Assembly (NCBI GenBank): GCA_019322815.1
Contig: JAHWIB010000001.1
Location: 154 to 64,153, forward strand
Source of the DNA: Candidatus Woesearchaeota archaeon
Lineage (GTDB): Archaea; Nanobdellota; Nanobdellia; Woesearchaeales; WJKL01
Length of the DNA: 64,000 nucleotides
Reading direction: 5' to 3'
The position numbers and the translations under genes were made by a program. The notes beneath the pieces were generated by a model, which saw only the letters and a list, made by a program, of their open reading frames with translations, made no database searches and had not been told where the DNA came from. Positions 29,423-38,916 of the stretch are shown one piece after another. Numbering within the stretch: the first letter of the stretch is position 1; each line of letters begins with the position of its first letter.

Positions 29423-30109
29423 TTAATGGATCAATTCAGAACTTTTAACAACATTAATAGCTAAATTCTTGTAATCAACCCATCTTATCTTTTCATCATT
29501 ATCCCATATTTCATATCTTATAGGTATTCCTTTATAATCCCAGAGCCAGATCTTCATAATCCCTTCTTCTGTTTCAATTTCAGCTATTACAGTTGATCTT
29601 CCATCTATCATAGTGCCTGGTTTTACATCTCCAGAAGTGATTAATTTAAGTATATCAAATGGCGTTTCTGTTATAAAATCATTAAAATCACGTGTTACAG
29701 TTACACTTGGGTCTTCACAATAGAATGTACTATCGCTCTCGCAGTAGCCAGCAACTGTTTTTTTGCTTAAATCTATATAATAAGTATCATAATAAACCCC
29801 TTCAATAAAATGAGGGTCAAATTCCTGCTTCATCTTTGTACCCATAACATAAACATCCATATTGCCTCCTTCACTTGATTGGTAGAAATATTTTAATGAT
29901 TCAACTGTATTTGCCTTTTCTATCAGTTCTTTTAATTCTGTACTCATAGAAGCTTTTATAGGAATCTCTTCAATTGCTTTTGATTCTTCTTTAACAGTAC
30001 TAGGGCCAGTAACTGTTTCTTTTTCATCTTCTTCAACAGGCTGTTCATCTGCACAGCTTGTTAAAAATAAGCATAATATAATGATTAAGACTAAAATTGT
30101 TTTTTTCAT
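29423..30109 (-). CDS. Putative lipoprotein (lipobox-like LTSC) / secreted protein
   Basis: Signal peptide MKKTILVLIIILCLFLTSCADE has a Cys in lipobox context. This is consistent with the lspA gene encoded nearby. Confidence 0.45.
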   Translation of the reverse strand: MKKTILVLIIILCLFLTSCADEQPVEEDEKETVTGPSTVKEESKAIEEIPIKASMSTELKELIEKANTVESLKYFYQSSEGGNMDVYVMGTKMKQEFDPHFIEGVYYDTYYIDLSKKTVAGYCESDSTFYCEDPSVTVTRDFNDFITETPFDILKLITSGDVKPGTMIDGRSTVIAEIETEEGIMKIWLWDYKGIPIRYEIWDNDEKIRWVDYKNLAINVVKSSELIH

Positions 30110-30139
30110 AATTATCCCTCCTAATACAAAGTATAATAA

Positions 30140-30307
30140 TTATTTATCCTTTTTCCAATTATAACTTCTTAATTTAGAACTTTTGCCAAATCCGCAGCTG
30201 CTGCATTTCTTCTTCCTGATATGATAGGTTCTTTTACCGCATCTTCTGCAGTAAATCATATTCTTCTTGCCGCTCTTCTTACCTATAGAAGGAGTTCCTT
30301 TAGTCAT
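30140..30307 (-). CDS. rpl37e: Ribosomal protein L37e
   Basis: The 55-aa ORF was missed by the ORF track. It reads [55 protein letters not shown] with a C4 zinc ribbon. It sits in the conserved Sm-L37e pair. Confidence 0.75.
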   Translation of the reverse strand: MTKGTPSIGKKSGKKNMIYCRRCGKRTYHIRKKKCSSCGFGKSSKLRSYNWKKDK

Positions 30308-30314
30308 TTTCTAT

Positions 30315-30551
30315 TTACTCAGTTGATATTATTGTTATTGTATCTCCTCTGATGAATACACTGCCAAGCTTTCTCTTTACTTCTCCTGCTTCTCTTTCTT
30401 CAACATCTTCTAAAACAATATTTATATGTATATCAAATGCTTTTAATACACCAACATATTGCTTGTTGTTCTTCAATTCTACAATTACTCTTTTGTCTCG
30501 TGCTTTGTTTAATGCATCTAAAGGTCTTGACGCTTCAGCCATATAATACAC
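30315..30551 (-). CDS. Sm-like (LSm) protein
   Basis: Sm1/Sm2 motifs (RVIVELKNNKQYVGVLKAFDIHINIVLEDVEE...VFIRGDTITIIS). Confidence 0.8.
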   Translation of the reverse strand: MYYMAEASRPLDALNKARDKRVIVELKNNKQYVGVLKAFDIHINIVLEDVEEREAGEVKRKLGSVFIRGDTITIISTE

Positions 30552-30652
30552 CCCATTATCCTAAAATTAACCTTTTGTTTATAAATTTATCGAAAATAAC
30601 TGCCAATAAAATGCCAAAGGTTTTTAGTAATCTTTATAAATAAATCAAGATT

Positions 30653-31045
30653 TTGTTTCTAAATATGGTAGTAATCCAAAGAAGATCAAAAAGAAAATCA
30701 ACAGGCGGAAGATATCATAGTGTTAGAGGCAAGCGCAGATATGAGATGGGCAGACTGCCAACTCTGACAAAGATAGGAGAGACAAAAAACAAGGCAGTTA
30801 AGACAAAAGGAGGCAGTAAAAAAATCAGGCTTCTTACTTCAAAAACAGCTAATCTTCTTGACAAAAAGACAAACAAGCATATCAAAGCTGCAATTGAAAC
30901 AGTTGTTGAAACTCCTGCAAACAGGCATTTTGCAAGAAGAAACATCCTGACAAAAGGAACAATCATCCAGACAGATAAAGGCAAGGCAAAAGTAACATCC
31001 AGGCCAGGCCAGGATGGAATAGTTAATGCTGTTTTAATCTCCTAG
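30653..31045 (+). CDS. rps8e: Ribosomal protein S8e
   Basis: 130 aa. Pattern RRSKRKSTGGRYHSVRGKRRYEMGRLPTLTKIG...KTKGGSKKIRLL. Confidence 0.85.
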   Translation: MFLNMVVIQRRSKRKSTGGRYHSVRGKRRYEMGRLPTLTKIGETKNKAVKTKGGSKKIRLLTSKTANLLDKKTNKHIKAAIETVVETPANRHFARRNILTKGTIIQTDKGKAKVTSRPGQDGIVNAVLIS

Positions 31046-31083
31046 ACCAGGAGATTTATATATAACTGATTTCTAATAATTTT

Positions 31084-31836
31084 ATGGCAGAAGCAATTGA
31101 TGAGATATTGACTGAATCTGAAGTCAGAAGAGTAGCTTATTCTATGCTTGCTTTAGATGGACATTGGGGAGTTATAATATCAGCAGAAGGAAAACAAAAA
31201 GGAAATCAACTTTTAGAAGAAGCACTTGATGCAGAAATAGAAAAAATAAGATCAAGGCCAGGAGTATCTGTTTTACCTGATAATTCTCTTCCTGGATATG
31301 GAATAGATGAAAAAGATTTGTATGAATGTTTTAGCAGCAGAACACAGGGAGATAAGAATTTCTATTTATTAAGGCAGATATGCAGAGGAATATTTTATGT
31401 AGAAACAGAAGGTGTTTCAGGGATTCCTCATGAAATATTGTCAGCAGAGAATACATTTGAGATTCTATCTAACTATAGGGCATTTGGAAAATTAATAAAA
31501 GATGACTGTATAAAAACCGATGACTGGAAGACAACAAGAGAAGAATTAAAAGAAATGCCTGCTGAACTTGTTGTTTCAAAGATGGTTAGTTATGGCTGCC
31601 GGTATGCAGCTATGGTTGCTATGAGGCAAAAAGGATATATAAGATTCCCAACAGAATCAGGAGATTTAATCAAAAGAATAAAACCACTAAGTAAACAGGT
31701 AAAAGATAAATTTATGCAATTATTAGATATACCTGAACCAGAAGTTCCGCAGTTAACAAAAAAAGAATATATTGAAACTATATCTGAATTTATGCATAAA
31801 CTTTACAAGAGAAATACATCCAAAAAGCATAAATAG
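31084..31836 (+). CDS. Hypothetical protein (250 aa)
   Basis: ORF only. Confidence 0.4.
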   Translation: MAEAIDEILTESEVRRVAYSMLALDGHWGVIISAEGKQKGNQLLEEALDAEIEKIRSRPGVSVLPDNSLPGYGIDEKDLYECFSSRTQGDKNFYLLRQICRGIFYVETEGVSGIPHEILSAENTFEILSNYRAFGKLIKDDCIKTDDWKTTREELKEMPAELVVSKMVSYGCRYAAMVAMRQKGYIRFPTESGDLIKRIKPLSKQVKDKFMQLLDIPEPEVPQLTKKEYIETISEFMHKLYKRNTSKKHK

Positions 31837-31857
31837 TAACTATATTTTATTTTTATT

Positions 31858-32520
31858 ATGAACCAAATCAAGAAAATTTATTCAATTCTCTATAAAACGT
31901 TTGGGCCGCAAGGCTGGTGGCCGATGACTCCTAAAAACCAGCTTCATCCAAAACATAATGGAGTTAAGCCAAAAAATGATAGACAAAGATTTGAAATAAT
32001 CATTGGAGCAATCTTGACGCAAAATACTTCTTGGAAAAATGTTGAAAAAGCAATTTTTAATTTAAACAAATCAAAATTAATTGAGATAGATAAAATAAAA
32101 AAAATTAATTTAAAAAAATTAGCTTCCTTAATAAAACCTTCTGGTTATTATAATCAAAAAGCAGAGAAATTAAAGATAGCAGCTGAATTCTTTTCAAAAA
32201 ATAAATCTCCAGAAAGACAGGAATTATTAGCAGTAAAAGGAATTGGCCCTGAAACAGCTGATTCAATTTTACTTTATGCTTTTCAAAAACCTTTTTTTGT
32301 TATTGATGCATACACAAAAAGAATCTTTTCAAGAATAGGCATTTGCAAGCCAGATATAAAATATGAAGAACTACAGGACAAATTTCAAGAAAACTTAAAC
32401 AAAAATATTAGAGTCTTTAATGAGTATCATGCTTTAATTGTTGAGCTGGGAAAACAATTCTGCACAAAGACACCAAAATGCAGCAATTGCCCTATTAAGA
32501 ATTATTGCAAAAAGTTTTGA
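31858..32520 (+). CDS. HhH-GPD base-excision DNA glycosylase (EndoIII/MagIII-like) with a C-terminal Cys cluster
   Basis: HhH-GPD signature (GAILTQNTSW...LLAVKGIGPETADSILLYAF...VIDAYTKRIFSRIG). The C-terminus reads CTKTPKCSNCPIKNYC. Confidence 0.7.
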   Translation: MNQIKKIYSILYKTFGPQGWWPMTPKNQLHPKHNGVKPKNDRQRFEIIIGAILTQNTSWKNVEKAIFNLNKSKLIEIDKIKKINLKKLASLIKPSGYYNQKAEKLKIAAEFFSKNKSPERQELLAVKGIGPETADSILLYAFQKPFFVIDAYTKRIFSRIGICKPDIKYEELQDKFQENLNKNIRVFNEYHALIVELGKQFCTKTPKCSNCPIKNYCKKF

Positions 32521-32602
32521 ACAAAGTTCAAACCGTTTGGGAATTAAATTCCCAAAAGTTTATATAATCTAAAAAAACATTTTATTAAAAGAAGGTGATT
32601 AA

Positions 32603-33325
32603 ATGGCAACTGCAACAATAATAGGATTGATATTAATAGTTATTCTGATTGTTTTGGTTATTAAATTTGTCAAAAATATTATGAAATCCATCATAATAAT
32701 AATTTCTATCTTAGTAATTCTATCATTACTAGGCTCTTCTTTTGTTTATTTGGATATTAATGATTTTAAGGAAAAATTCCCAGTCCTGCCAAGCCTGTAT
32801 CTTCTTGAAAAAGATGATAAGATTGTTGCAGGAATCTTTGGTGCAAAAATTTATTCTTATATTCCAGAAGAGCAGTTAAACTCATATCAACAAAATTTTG
32901 AAGAAAATAAGCTAGAAGAGATTAAAAGCAACCATTATAAGCTTTTTATTATAAATATCAATGCATTTGATTCAGTTACAGATATACAGATAGAACAGGA
33001 TGGATCCTTATCAAAAGAAGAAGTAGATGATCTGCTTGATTCTTCCACTCCTATCGAAGATTTTATGGCAATCAATAATATTCCTGAACAGGACAAAGAA
33101 ATATTGATGAATGATTTCAAAATAGATGATGAAGCAGAATTTAAAGCACTGTTATTTTATAGATTATTTGATGAAGCAACAGAAGATGGAACATTCTTTG
33201 TTTTAAAGGAATATAAAAAAGATAATGTTATTGTATATCCAAAATCAACTATTTTTAGGCTTGTTAAAGAATTGCCTTTGTCATTATTAAATAAGTTAAT
33301 AGGAAATTTAAATGCAGGTGAATAA
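32603..33325 (+). CDS. Membrane-anchored hypothetical protein (240 aa)
   Basis: An N-terminal double TM anchor is followed by an acidic domain. It is the first gene of the probable lspA/protease operon. Confidence 0.4.
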   Translation: MATATIIGLILIVILIVLVIKFVKNIMKSIIIIISILVILSLLGSSFVYLDINDFKEKFPVLPSLYLLEKDDKIVAGIFGAKIYSYIPEEQLNSYQQNFEENKLEEIKSNHYKLFIININAFDSVTDIQIEQDGSLSKEEVDDLLDSSTPIEDFMAINNIPEQDKEILMNDFKIDDEAEFKALLFYRLFDEATEDGTFFVLKEYKKDNVIVYPKSTIFRLVKELPLSLLNKLIGNLNAGE

Positions 33326-33327
33326 AA

Positions 33328-33738
33328 ATGGCTGTTTTAGATAAACTATTTTTTTGGAGAAAAAAAGAAGAACCTTCTCCTTTCCCTGGAGAAAAGCCTC
33401 CTTTAGGTTTGCCAGGAGAAGAAGAACTTGGGTTAAAGCCGCCAGAAGAAGGATTTGAAGAACCATCTGCAGCTGGTCTTGCTCCGCCAGGCTCTTCTCC
33501 GCAATCACCAGGCCCTGCACCAAGAGCATTTAATGAACCTCCAGAAGAACCTGCTCCATCTTCAGCACCACCACCTAGATTTTCTCCTGCTCCTCAGATG
33601 ATGCCTCCTCAGCCAATGTCAAAAGATTTAGAATTAATCTCAGCAAAACTAGATGTTCTTAAGGCAAGTTTAGATACTTTAAATCAAAGATTGGCTAATT
33701 TGGAAAGAATTGCCCGCGGAGAACATGAAACCTACTGA
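33328..33738 (+). CDS. Pro/Glu-rich low-complexity protein with a C-terminal coiled coil (136 aa)
   Basis: PPEEP/PGxxP repeats make this segment GC-rich. The C-terminal heptad segment is LELISAKLDVLKASLDTLNQRLANLERIARGE. It overlaps the lspA start by 29 nt. Confidence 0.4.
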   Translation: MAVLDKLFFWRKKEEPSPFPGEKPPLGLPGEEELGLKPPEEGFEEPSAAGLAPPGSSPQSPGPAPRAFNEPPEEPAPSSAPPPRFSPAPQMMPPQPMSKDLELISAKLDVLKASLDTLNQRLANLERIARGEHETY

Positions 33739-34180
33739 TAAAAAAAAAGCAGTTCATATTTTTTTTACTGCACTGATAATCCTCATAGCAGACCAGTTGT
33801 TCAAATTTTTGGTATTAAAAACAATTCCTTTTCAATTTTCAATTCAGGTTATTCCCAATATTTTTTATTTAACATATATTAGAAATTATGGAGCAGCATT
33901 TGGCTTGTTTCAAAATGCTTCTAATCTATTGTTATGGTTTTCTGTCATTGTTGTTGGTGTTATTTTATACATATTTAATAAAATTCCAAAAGAAAATTTT
34001 CCTCAAATAATGATTGGTTTGGTTTTAGGAGGAACATTAGGAAATCTTATTGACAGAATAAGATTTGGTTATGTCATTGATTTTATTGATTTTAGAATTT
34101 GGCCTGCATTTAATGCAGCAGATACAGCAATAACAATTGGAGTTATTGGTTTGATAATCTATTTGATTAAGAAAAAATAA
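33710..34180 (+). CDS. lspA: Lipoprotein signal peptidase (signal peptidase II)
   Basis: LspA motifs are present (NYGAAFGLFQN; GGTLGNLIDRIRFGYVIDFIDF; FNAADTAITIG) with four TM helices. This enzyme family is uncommon in archaea. Confidence 0.8.
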   Translation: MPAENMKPTDKKKAVHIFFTALIILIADQLFKFLVLKTIPFQFSIQVIPNIFYLTYIRNYGAAFGLFQNASNLLLWFSVIVVGVILYIFNKIPKENFPQIMIGLVLGGTLGNLIDRIRFGYVIDFIDFRIWPAFNAADTAITIGVIGLIIYLIKKK

Positions 34181-34214
34181 AAATTTATATAATTTCATTA
34201 ATATCTTAATATAA

Positions 34215-36605
34215 ATGCTAGAAAAAAGAGGATTAATCATATTTATTGCATTATTAGTTCTAATCAATATCATTTTAACATCTGCTCAGCAGACAGGCTG
34301 CTGCACTAATCCAGAGCTTCCAGTTAACATAATTTGCACTGAAACAACAGCAGAAGACTGCTGTGCAGCAGATACCAGCTGCATTGCTGAATATTTCTCT
34401 GAAGGGATTGCATGCAATACAATATTATGCACTGATCAAGGAGGATACTGTTTAGGAGAAGAACCAAAAGAACAGTATTGCGAATTCAAAAATCCCTTGG
34501 CATTATGCATAAACCAAACATCTGTTTCTCCAGGCACTGATATTCCAGCTGAATGTGAAGAAGGATGCTGTATCTGTGAAAAAGATGAAGACAAAGCATA
34601 TGATAACAGAGATATATTGAAAAATCATCTGGAATGCAAAGATTTCTGTGAATTAATAGACTATAATATTTTTTTATTTGACACAGCAATAAAAAATGAT
34701 GATGAATGCACAGCTTTAGTTGAAATTCCAGAAGTTCCTTCAACTGAAATTCCAGAATCAGTTTGCGGAAATAATATTTGTGAAGAAGGAGAAAATAACA
34801 GTAATTGTCCAGAAGATTGTGATGAACAAGCATGTTATCTTGAATTAGATAATGGAGATATAAAAATAGCAGAAACAATAGAAGATTGTGACAGTTATGC
34901 ACTTGCTTTCAAATATGCAGATAAAAAAGATGCACTAAGATTGATATTAAAAGAAAATCCAAATTATAAATTATTAGGAAATGAAATCAATGCTCCAAAA
35001 GAAGAATATGTTGTCAAATACAATAATTTTACTGATATAGAATATCTTGATTATTCTGGAATAAAAGAAAATTGCGAATTAATTGATTTCTTTGGTGTTC
35101 CTTTATATTGTTTCAATGGTATTTATACAGATAAAATAGGAAATATTAAAAAAAATAATCTTAAATCAATCATTGCTCCGCTTACATTCTTAAAGATGTC
35201 TGGAAAAGAAGATATGTGGAATCCATTAACCGAAGAATCAATCGATCCTTTTGATTTTCTAATTAAAGAAAAAATCGAATATATTGATGGCACTAATATT
35301 TTTGCTCTTAATAGAGAAGATGAAAAAAAATTCAAAGGCAGCATTAGCAACTTAAAGATTAGAGATATCAGATGTGAACAAGAGGGTTTTAATGGTGCAG
35401 CAAATTTTCAATTCCGAAATAGCAGCCTTATTGGAAATATTGGTACAAAAATATATTCTCCTTCAGAAATAGATAGTGGGGAGCCCTATCTGCCAGAAAT
35501 ACTTCAAAATTATATTGATGCACATAGCGAACCAAGGTATACAGTTTTCTTTTGCAGAACAGATGGTAAAGAGAGAAAGATACATTACGCAGGAATACTT
35601 TACCATGAAGCTAATCATAAGTTATTTGGAGCTCATGTTGCTAGTTGTGAAAATGTTACTGCAGGTGATAATGGATGGAAAACTGTTTATGGTGCACATA
35701 TAACCTATCTATTCCAAGCTTCAGAAAATGATTTTTTAAATTGTTCAGAAAGAAATGAATTGTATGATAAAGCAAACGCAGAATTTGAAACAAAATTATG
35801 TGATGTTGAGCATGATTATATTGCACCAGACTGTCAGATTTCTACTAGAGAACTAAGAGGAGTAGATGGTTATACTTCTCCAGAAGACTATCATACTTGG
35901 GATTGGAGGAATGTAAATGGAAGCAATTGGCTGACTCCTGTTAAAGACCAAGGACAATGCGGCTCATGTTGGGCTTTTACAGCTGCTGGAGTGATTGAAT
36001 CAAGATATATCATACAAGGAGGAAATCCTAGTCTGAAGAATATTGATGTGTCTGAGCAGGATCTTGTTTCATGCAGTGGAGCAGGATCTTGTGAGGGAGG
36101 GAGCCCTCTTTGGGCGATACAGTATGCTGAAGAATGTGGTGTTCGTAGAGAATCATTTTTTCCATATTTAAGGGGATATGTACTGAAAGGGTCAGTAAAA
36201 TGCAGGCTTTGCAATAAAGGGCTTGATGAAAAATATTTTGTAGAAAATTATGAATCAGCTGACAGTACAAACGAAACTGAAAATAGACAAAGGATGAAAG
36301 AATTGTTAATCCGTAAAGGGCCTTTAGCAGTCGCAGTTTGTTTCCCAAGTAACGCTGAAGTTGATAATATAACCTATGTGGCTCATTGTGAAGAAAATCC
36401 GCAGGGTTATTGTGGTATTAGGCATGCTATGATATTAGTGGGATATAATGATACTGGGCAGTATTGGGTAGTAAAAAACAGCTGGGGTTTAGGAGGTCCT
36501 GTATGGGCAGAAACTGGTTATATCAAGATAGGGTATGGTGAATGTTATATTGAAAATAATCTAATAGGAGCATATTATCCAACAGGAGTTGATGTAAAAC
36601 AATGA
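34215..36605 (+). CDS. Secreted papain-like cysteine protease (peptidase C1A) with a large Cys-rich N-terminal region
   Basis: Signal peptide. The C-terminal catalytic domain carries the papain active-site motifs (QGQCGSCWAFTAAGVIESRY; HAMILVGYN; VVKNSWGLGGPVWAETGYIKI). The N-terminal roughly 500 aa are rich in Cys pairs. Confidence 0.8.
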   Translation: MLEKRGLIIFIALLVLINIILTSAQQTGCCTNPELPVNIICTETTAEDCCAADTSCIAEYFSEGIACNTILCTDQGGYCLGEEPKEQYCEFKNPLALCINQTSVSPGTDIPAECEEGCCICEKDEDKAYDNRDILKNHLECKDFCELIDYNIFLFDTAIKNDDECTALVEIPEVPSTEIPESVCGNNICEEGENNSNCPEDCDEQACYLELDNGDIKIAETIEDCDSYALAFKYADKKDALRLILKENPNYKLLGNEINAPKEEYVVKYNNFTDIEYLDYSGIKENCELIDFFGVPLYCFNGIYTDKIGNIKKNNLKSIIAPLTFLKMSGKEDMWNPLTEESIDPFDFLIKEKIEYIDGTNIFALNREDEKKFKGSISNLKIRDIRCEQEGFNGAANFQFRNSSLIGNIGTKIYSPSEIDSGEPYLPEILQNYIDAHSEPRYTVFFCRTDGKERKIHYAGILYHEANHKLFGAHVASCENVTAGDNGWKTVYGAHITYLFQASENDFLNCSERNELYDKANAEFETKLCDVEHDYIAPDCQISTRELRGVDGYTSPEDYHTWDWRNVNGSNWLTPVKDQGQCGSCWAFTAAGVIESRYIIQGGNPSLKNIDVSEQDLVSCSGAGSCEGGSPLWAIQYAEECGVRRESFFPYLRGYVLKGSVKCRLCNKGLDEKYFVENYESADSTNETENRQRMKELLIRKGPLAVAVCFPSNAEVDNITYVAHCEENPQGYCGIRHAMILVGYNDTGQYWVVKNSWGLGGPVWAETGYIKIGYGECYIENNLIGAYYPTGVDVKQ

Positions 36606-37264
36606 AGAAGATAATATTAATTTTGATAATACTCATATGTATTTCACAGGTTTATGCAATGAGGAATCCTTCTGCTGTTTATTGTGCAGAAATGGGTTAT
36701 GAATTTAATGTTGAAATGACAGAACAAGGAGAGATTGGAATATGTATTTTGCCTAATGATGAAAAAGTGGCTGCCTGGGATTTTTTACAGGGCAAAGCTG
36801 GCCAGGAATACAGCTATTGTACACAAGAAGGTTATGAATTAAAAACACTTAGTATGGAAAAATGTCCTGATTCATTTTGGGGAGATTGTGCAGTTTGTGT
36901 TTTAACTGATGGTACAGAGGTAGAAATTACAAAACTTATGAACTTAACTTTTCAAGAAGCAGTTTGCGGAGATGATTTTTGTGTGCCTGGTGAAGAAAAT
37001 TATCAAAATTGCCCCCAGGATTGCCCTGGACCAAAATCAAATATAATAATTATAATCCTCTTATTGTTAATAACAATCACATTAATCTCTTTCATGGTAT
37101 ACTTCATCTCTATCAAAAGAAAAGAACAATTGTTGGAATTACAGGATTATATTATGAACACAAGAAGCAGAGGATATACTTATCCTCAGATAAAAACTGC
37201 CCTTATAAAAGATGGTTATACAGAAAAACAGATAGAAAAAGCTTTTGAGACATTAAGAAAATAA
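36602..37264 (+). CDS. DUF333-like (putative hemolysin family) secreted domain fused to a TM anchor and cytoplasmic tail
   Basis: Signal peptide and DUF333-like motif (MRNPSAVYCAEMGYEF...GICILPNDEKVAAWDFLQG), then a second Cys-rich module, a TM segment and a cytoplasmic domain. It overlaps the protease stop codon. Confidence 0.45.
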   Translation: MKKIILILIILICISQVYAMRNPSAVYCAEMGYEFNVEMTEQGEIGICILPNDEKVAAWDFLQGKAGQEYSYCTQEGYELKTLSMEKCPDSFWGDCAVCVLTDGTEVEITKLMNLTFQEAVCGDDFCVPGEENYQNCPQDCPGPKSNIIIIILLLLITITLISFMVYFISIKRKEQLLELQDYIMNTRSRGYTYPQIKTALIKDGYTEKQIEKAFETLRK

Positions 37265-37873
37265 TCACTTAACACATTTGCAGGGCAGATATCCTTTTTT
37301 CTTTGCATCTCCTTTATCATCAAGCCAGACTATATTTTTTTTACTGATCTTTTTTGCCCAGTCGCATCTAGGGATATGATATTTCTTTCCTGTCTCGCTT
37401 GCAACATATTTTCCAGGAATAAAATTTGTTCTGACTATCTCTTCTTCAGGTTCTTCTTTCTTAGAAAAAGATTCATTAGATATCTCCTCAGGTTCTTCTT
37501 GAGCTTCATCCATATCTTCAGTATTTTCCATGATTTTTTCTGAACTTAAATTAAACATTGCTATTAAGAATCCTGCTATCCCAACTATAACAGGAAGTAT
37601 AACCTTGCTGAAACTAGCATCTATCCAAAATAGAATGCTTAGATTAATAAGATTTGCTCCAAAAAAAACAAGCAGTCCAGGCCATGTCCAGTCTTTGCTG
37701 CCTAATACCCCAATTGTTAATATTACACCAGCTAATAAAAATAAAAGAAACAATAATAATTCAAAAACAAAAAATCCTCCTGTTAAATCAAAAATAATAG
37801 AGATCAGGCTTAAAAAAAGAATAAACATAATTACAATCATTATAAAAAACATATTTCTATCTCTTTCCCCCAT
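37265..37873 (-). CDS. Membrane protein (202 aa) with an acidic linker and a C-terminal Cys/His-rich basic domain
   Basis: Four TM helices, then EDMDEAQEEPEE, then KYHIPRCDWAKK...YLPCKCVK. Confidence 0.35.
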   Translation of the reverse strand: MGERDRNMFFIMIVIMFILFLSLISIIFDLTGGFFVFELLLFLLFLLAGVILTIGVLGSKDWTWPGLLVFFGANLINLSILFWIDASFSKVILPVIVGIAGFLIAMFNLSSEKIMENTEDMDEAQEEPEEISNESFSKKEEPEEEIVRTNFIPGKYVASETGKKYHIPRCDWAKKISKKNIVWLDDKGDAKKKGYLPCKCVK

Positions 37874-37984
37874 ATCAATAATTATCCTAAACCTCTATAT
37901 AAATATTTCTATTCTAGAATAGTAACAATTTGTGAATTTTAATTCGCAAATTCCCAAAAATTTGTAAACAAATTTTTGATAAAA

Positions 37985-38329
37985 TCAGAATTCTTCAAAC
38001 TCTTCAATCTTTTTCAAATAACCTTTTCTCTTTAAGAATTGAACCTGGCTTTTAGTATATTTATAGACAATATCTCCTTTGTCGTCTCCGCTTAATTCCC
38101 AAGGTTCAATAATAACAATATCTCTTTCTCTAACCCATAATGTTCTTCTTAGCCTTCCAGGAATCCTGCAGATCCTTGTTTTGCCGTCAAGACATCTGAC
38201 CCTCATTCTGCTGCCGCCTAGTCTTTGTTCTATAATCCCGAAGCATTGATTGTTTCTTGGAAGCCTGATCCTAGTAATTTGCTGCTGAAGCGCTTCTTGT
38301 CTTGCCTGTTCTTCTTTCTTTTTGCTCAT
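37985..38329 (-). CDS. eif1a: Translation initiation factor 1A (aIF1A)
   Basis: 114 aa. S1-like OB domain ([49 protein letters not shown]). Confidence 0.85.
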   Translation of the reverse strand: MSKKKEEQARQEALQQQITRIRLPRNNQCFGIIEQRLGGSRMRVRCLDGKTRICRIPGRLRRTLWVRERDIVIIEPWELSGDDKGDIVYKYTKSQVQFLKRKGYLKKIEEFEEF

Positions 38330-38387
38330 ATTTCTACTTAGAAATCATAAAGTATATATAAGCGTTGCGTATTGAATTTATAAAACA

Positions 38388-38888
38388 ATGAAAAAAAGAG
38401 GCCTAAAAACAAATGAATTTATAGCACCAGCTTCACTGCTAAAAAGATTTTTGTCATATTTTATAGATTTATTTATAATAAATTTTATTATCATTCTTCC
38501 ATTTGAAAAAATATTAAAAAATATAATTCCTTCAAATTCTTTTTCAGAATCTTATCAATATATCCAAAATAATCCAGGAGTTGGAAATCTAATTTTCTTT
38601 CTTTCAATTATAATTGGAATTTTAATGGTTGTATATTTTACTGTTTTTGAATATCTTATGCAGCAAACACCAGGAAAGATATTGATGAAGCAATATATTA
38701 TTAAAGAAACAGGCCAGCCGCTCAAATTAATAAATTATATTGTATCTAATCTAACATTTATACCAATTTTTCCTTTTATCTTGTTGTGGATTATAGATCC
38801 TATACATATGATAATATCTTCAAAAAATCAAAGATTAATGGAAAGATTTACAAGGATATTAGTTGTAGAAAAATATAGTTTTAAATAG
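38388..38888 (+). CDS. RDD-family membrane protein
   Basis: 166 aa. RDD-like N-terminal motif (ASLLKRFLSYFIDLFIINFI) and three TM segments. Confidence 0.45.
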   Translation: MKKRGLKTNEFIAPASLLKRFLSYFIDLFIINFIIILPFEKILKNIIPSNSFSESYQYIQNNPGVGNLIFFLSIIIGILMVVYFTVFEYLMQQTPGKILMKQYIIKETGQPLKLINYIVSNLTFIPIFPFILLWIIDPIHMIISSKNQRLMERFTRILVVEKYSFK

Positions 38889-38916
38889 TATTAAGTTTTA
38901 TCATTTCCAGAGAAAA

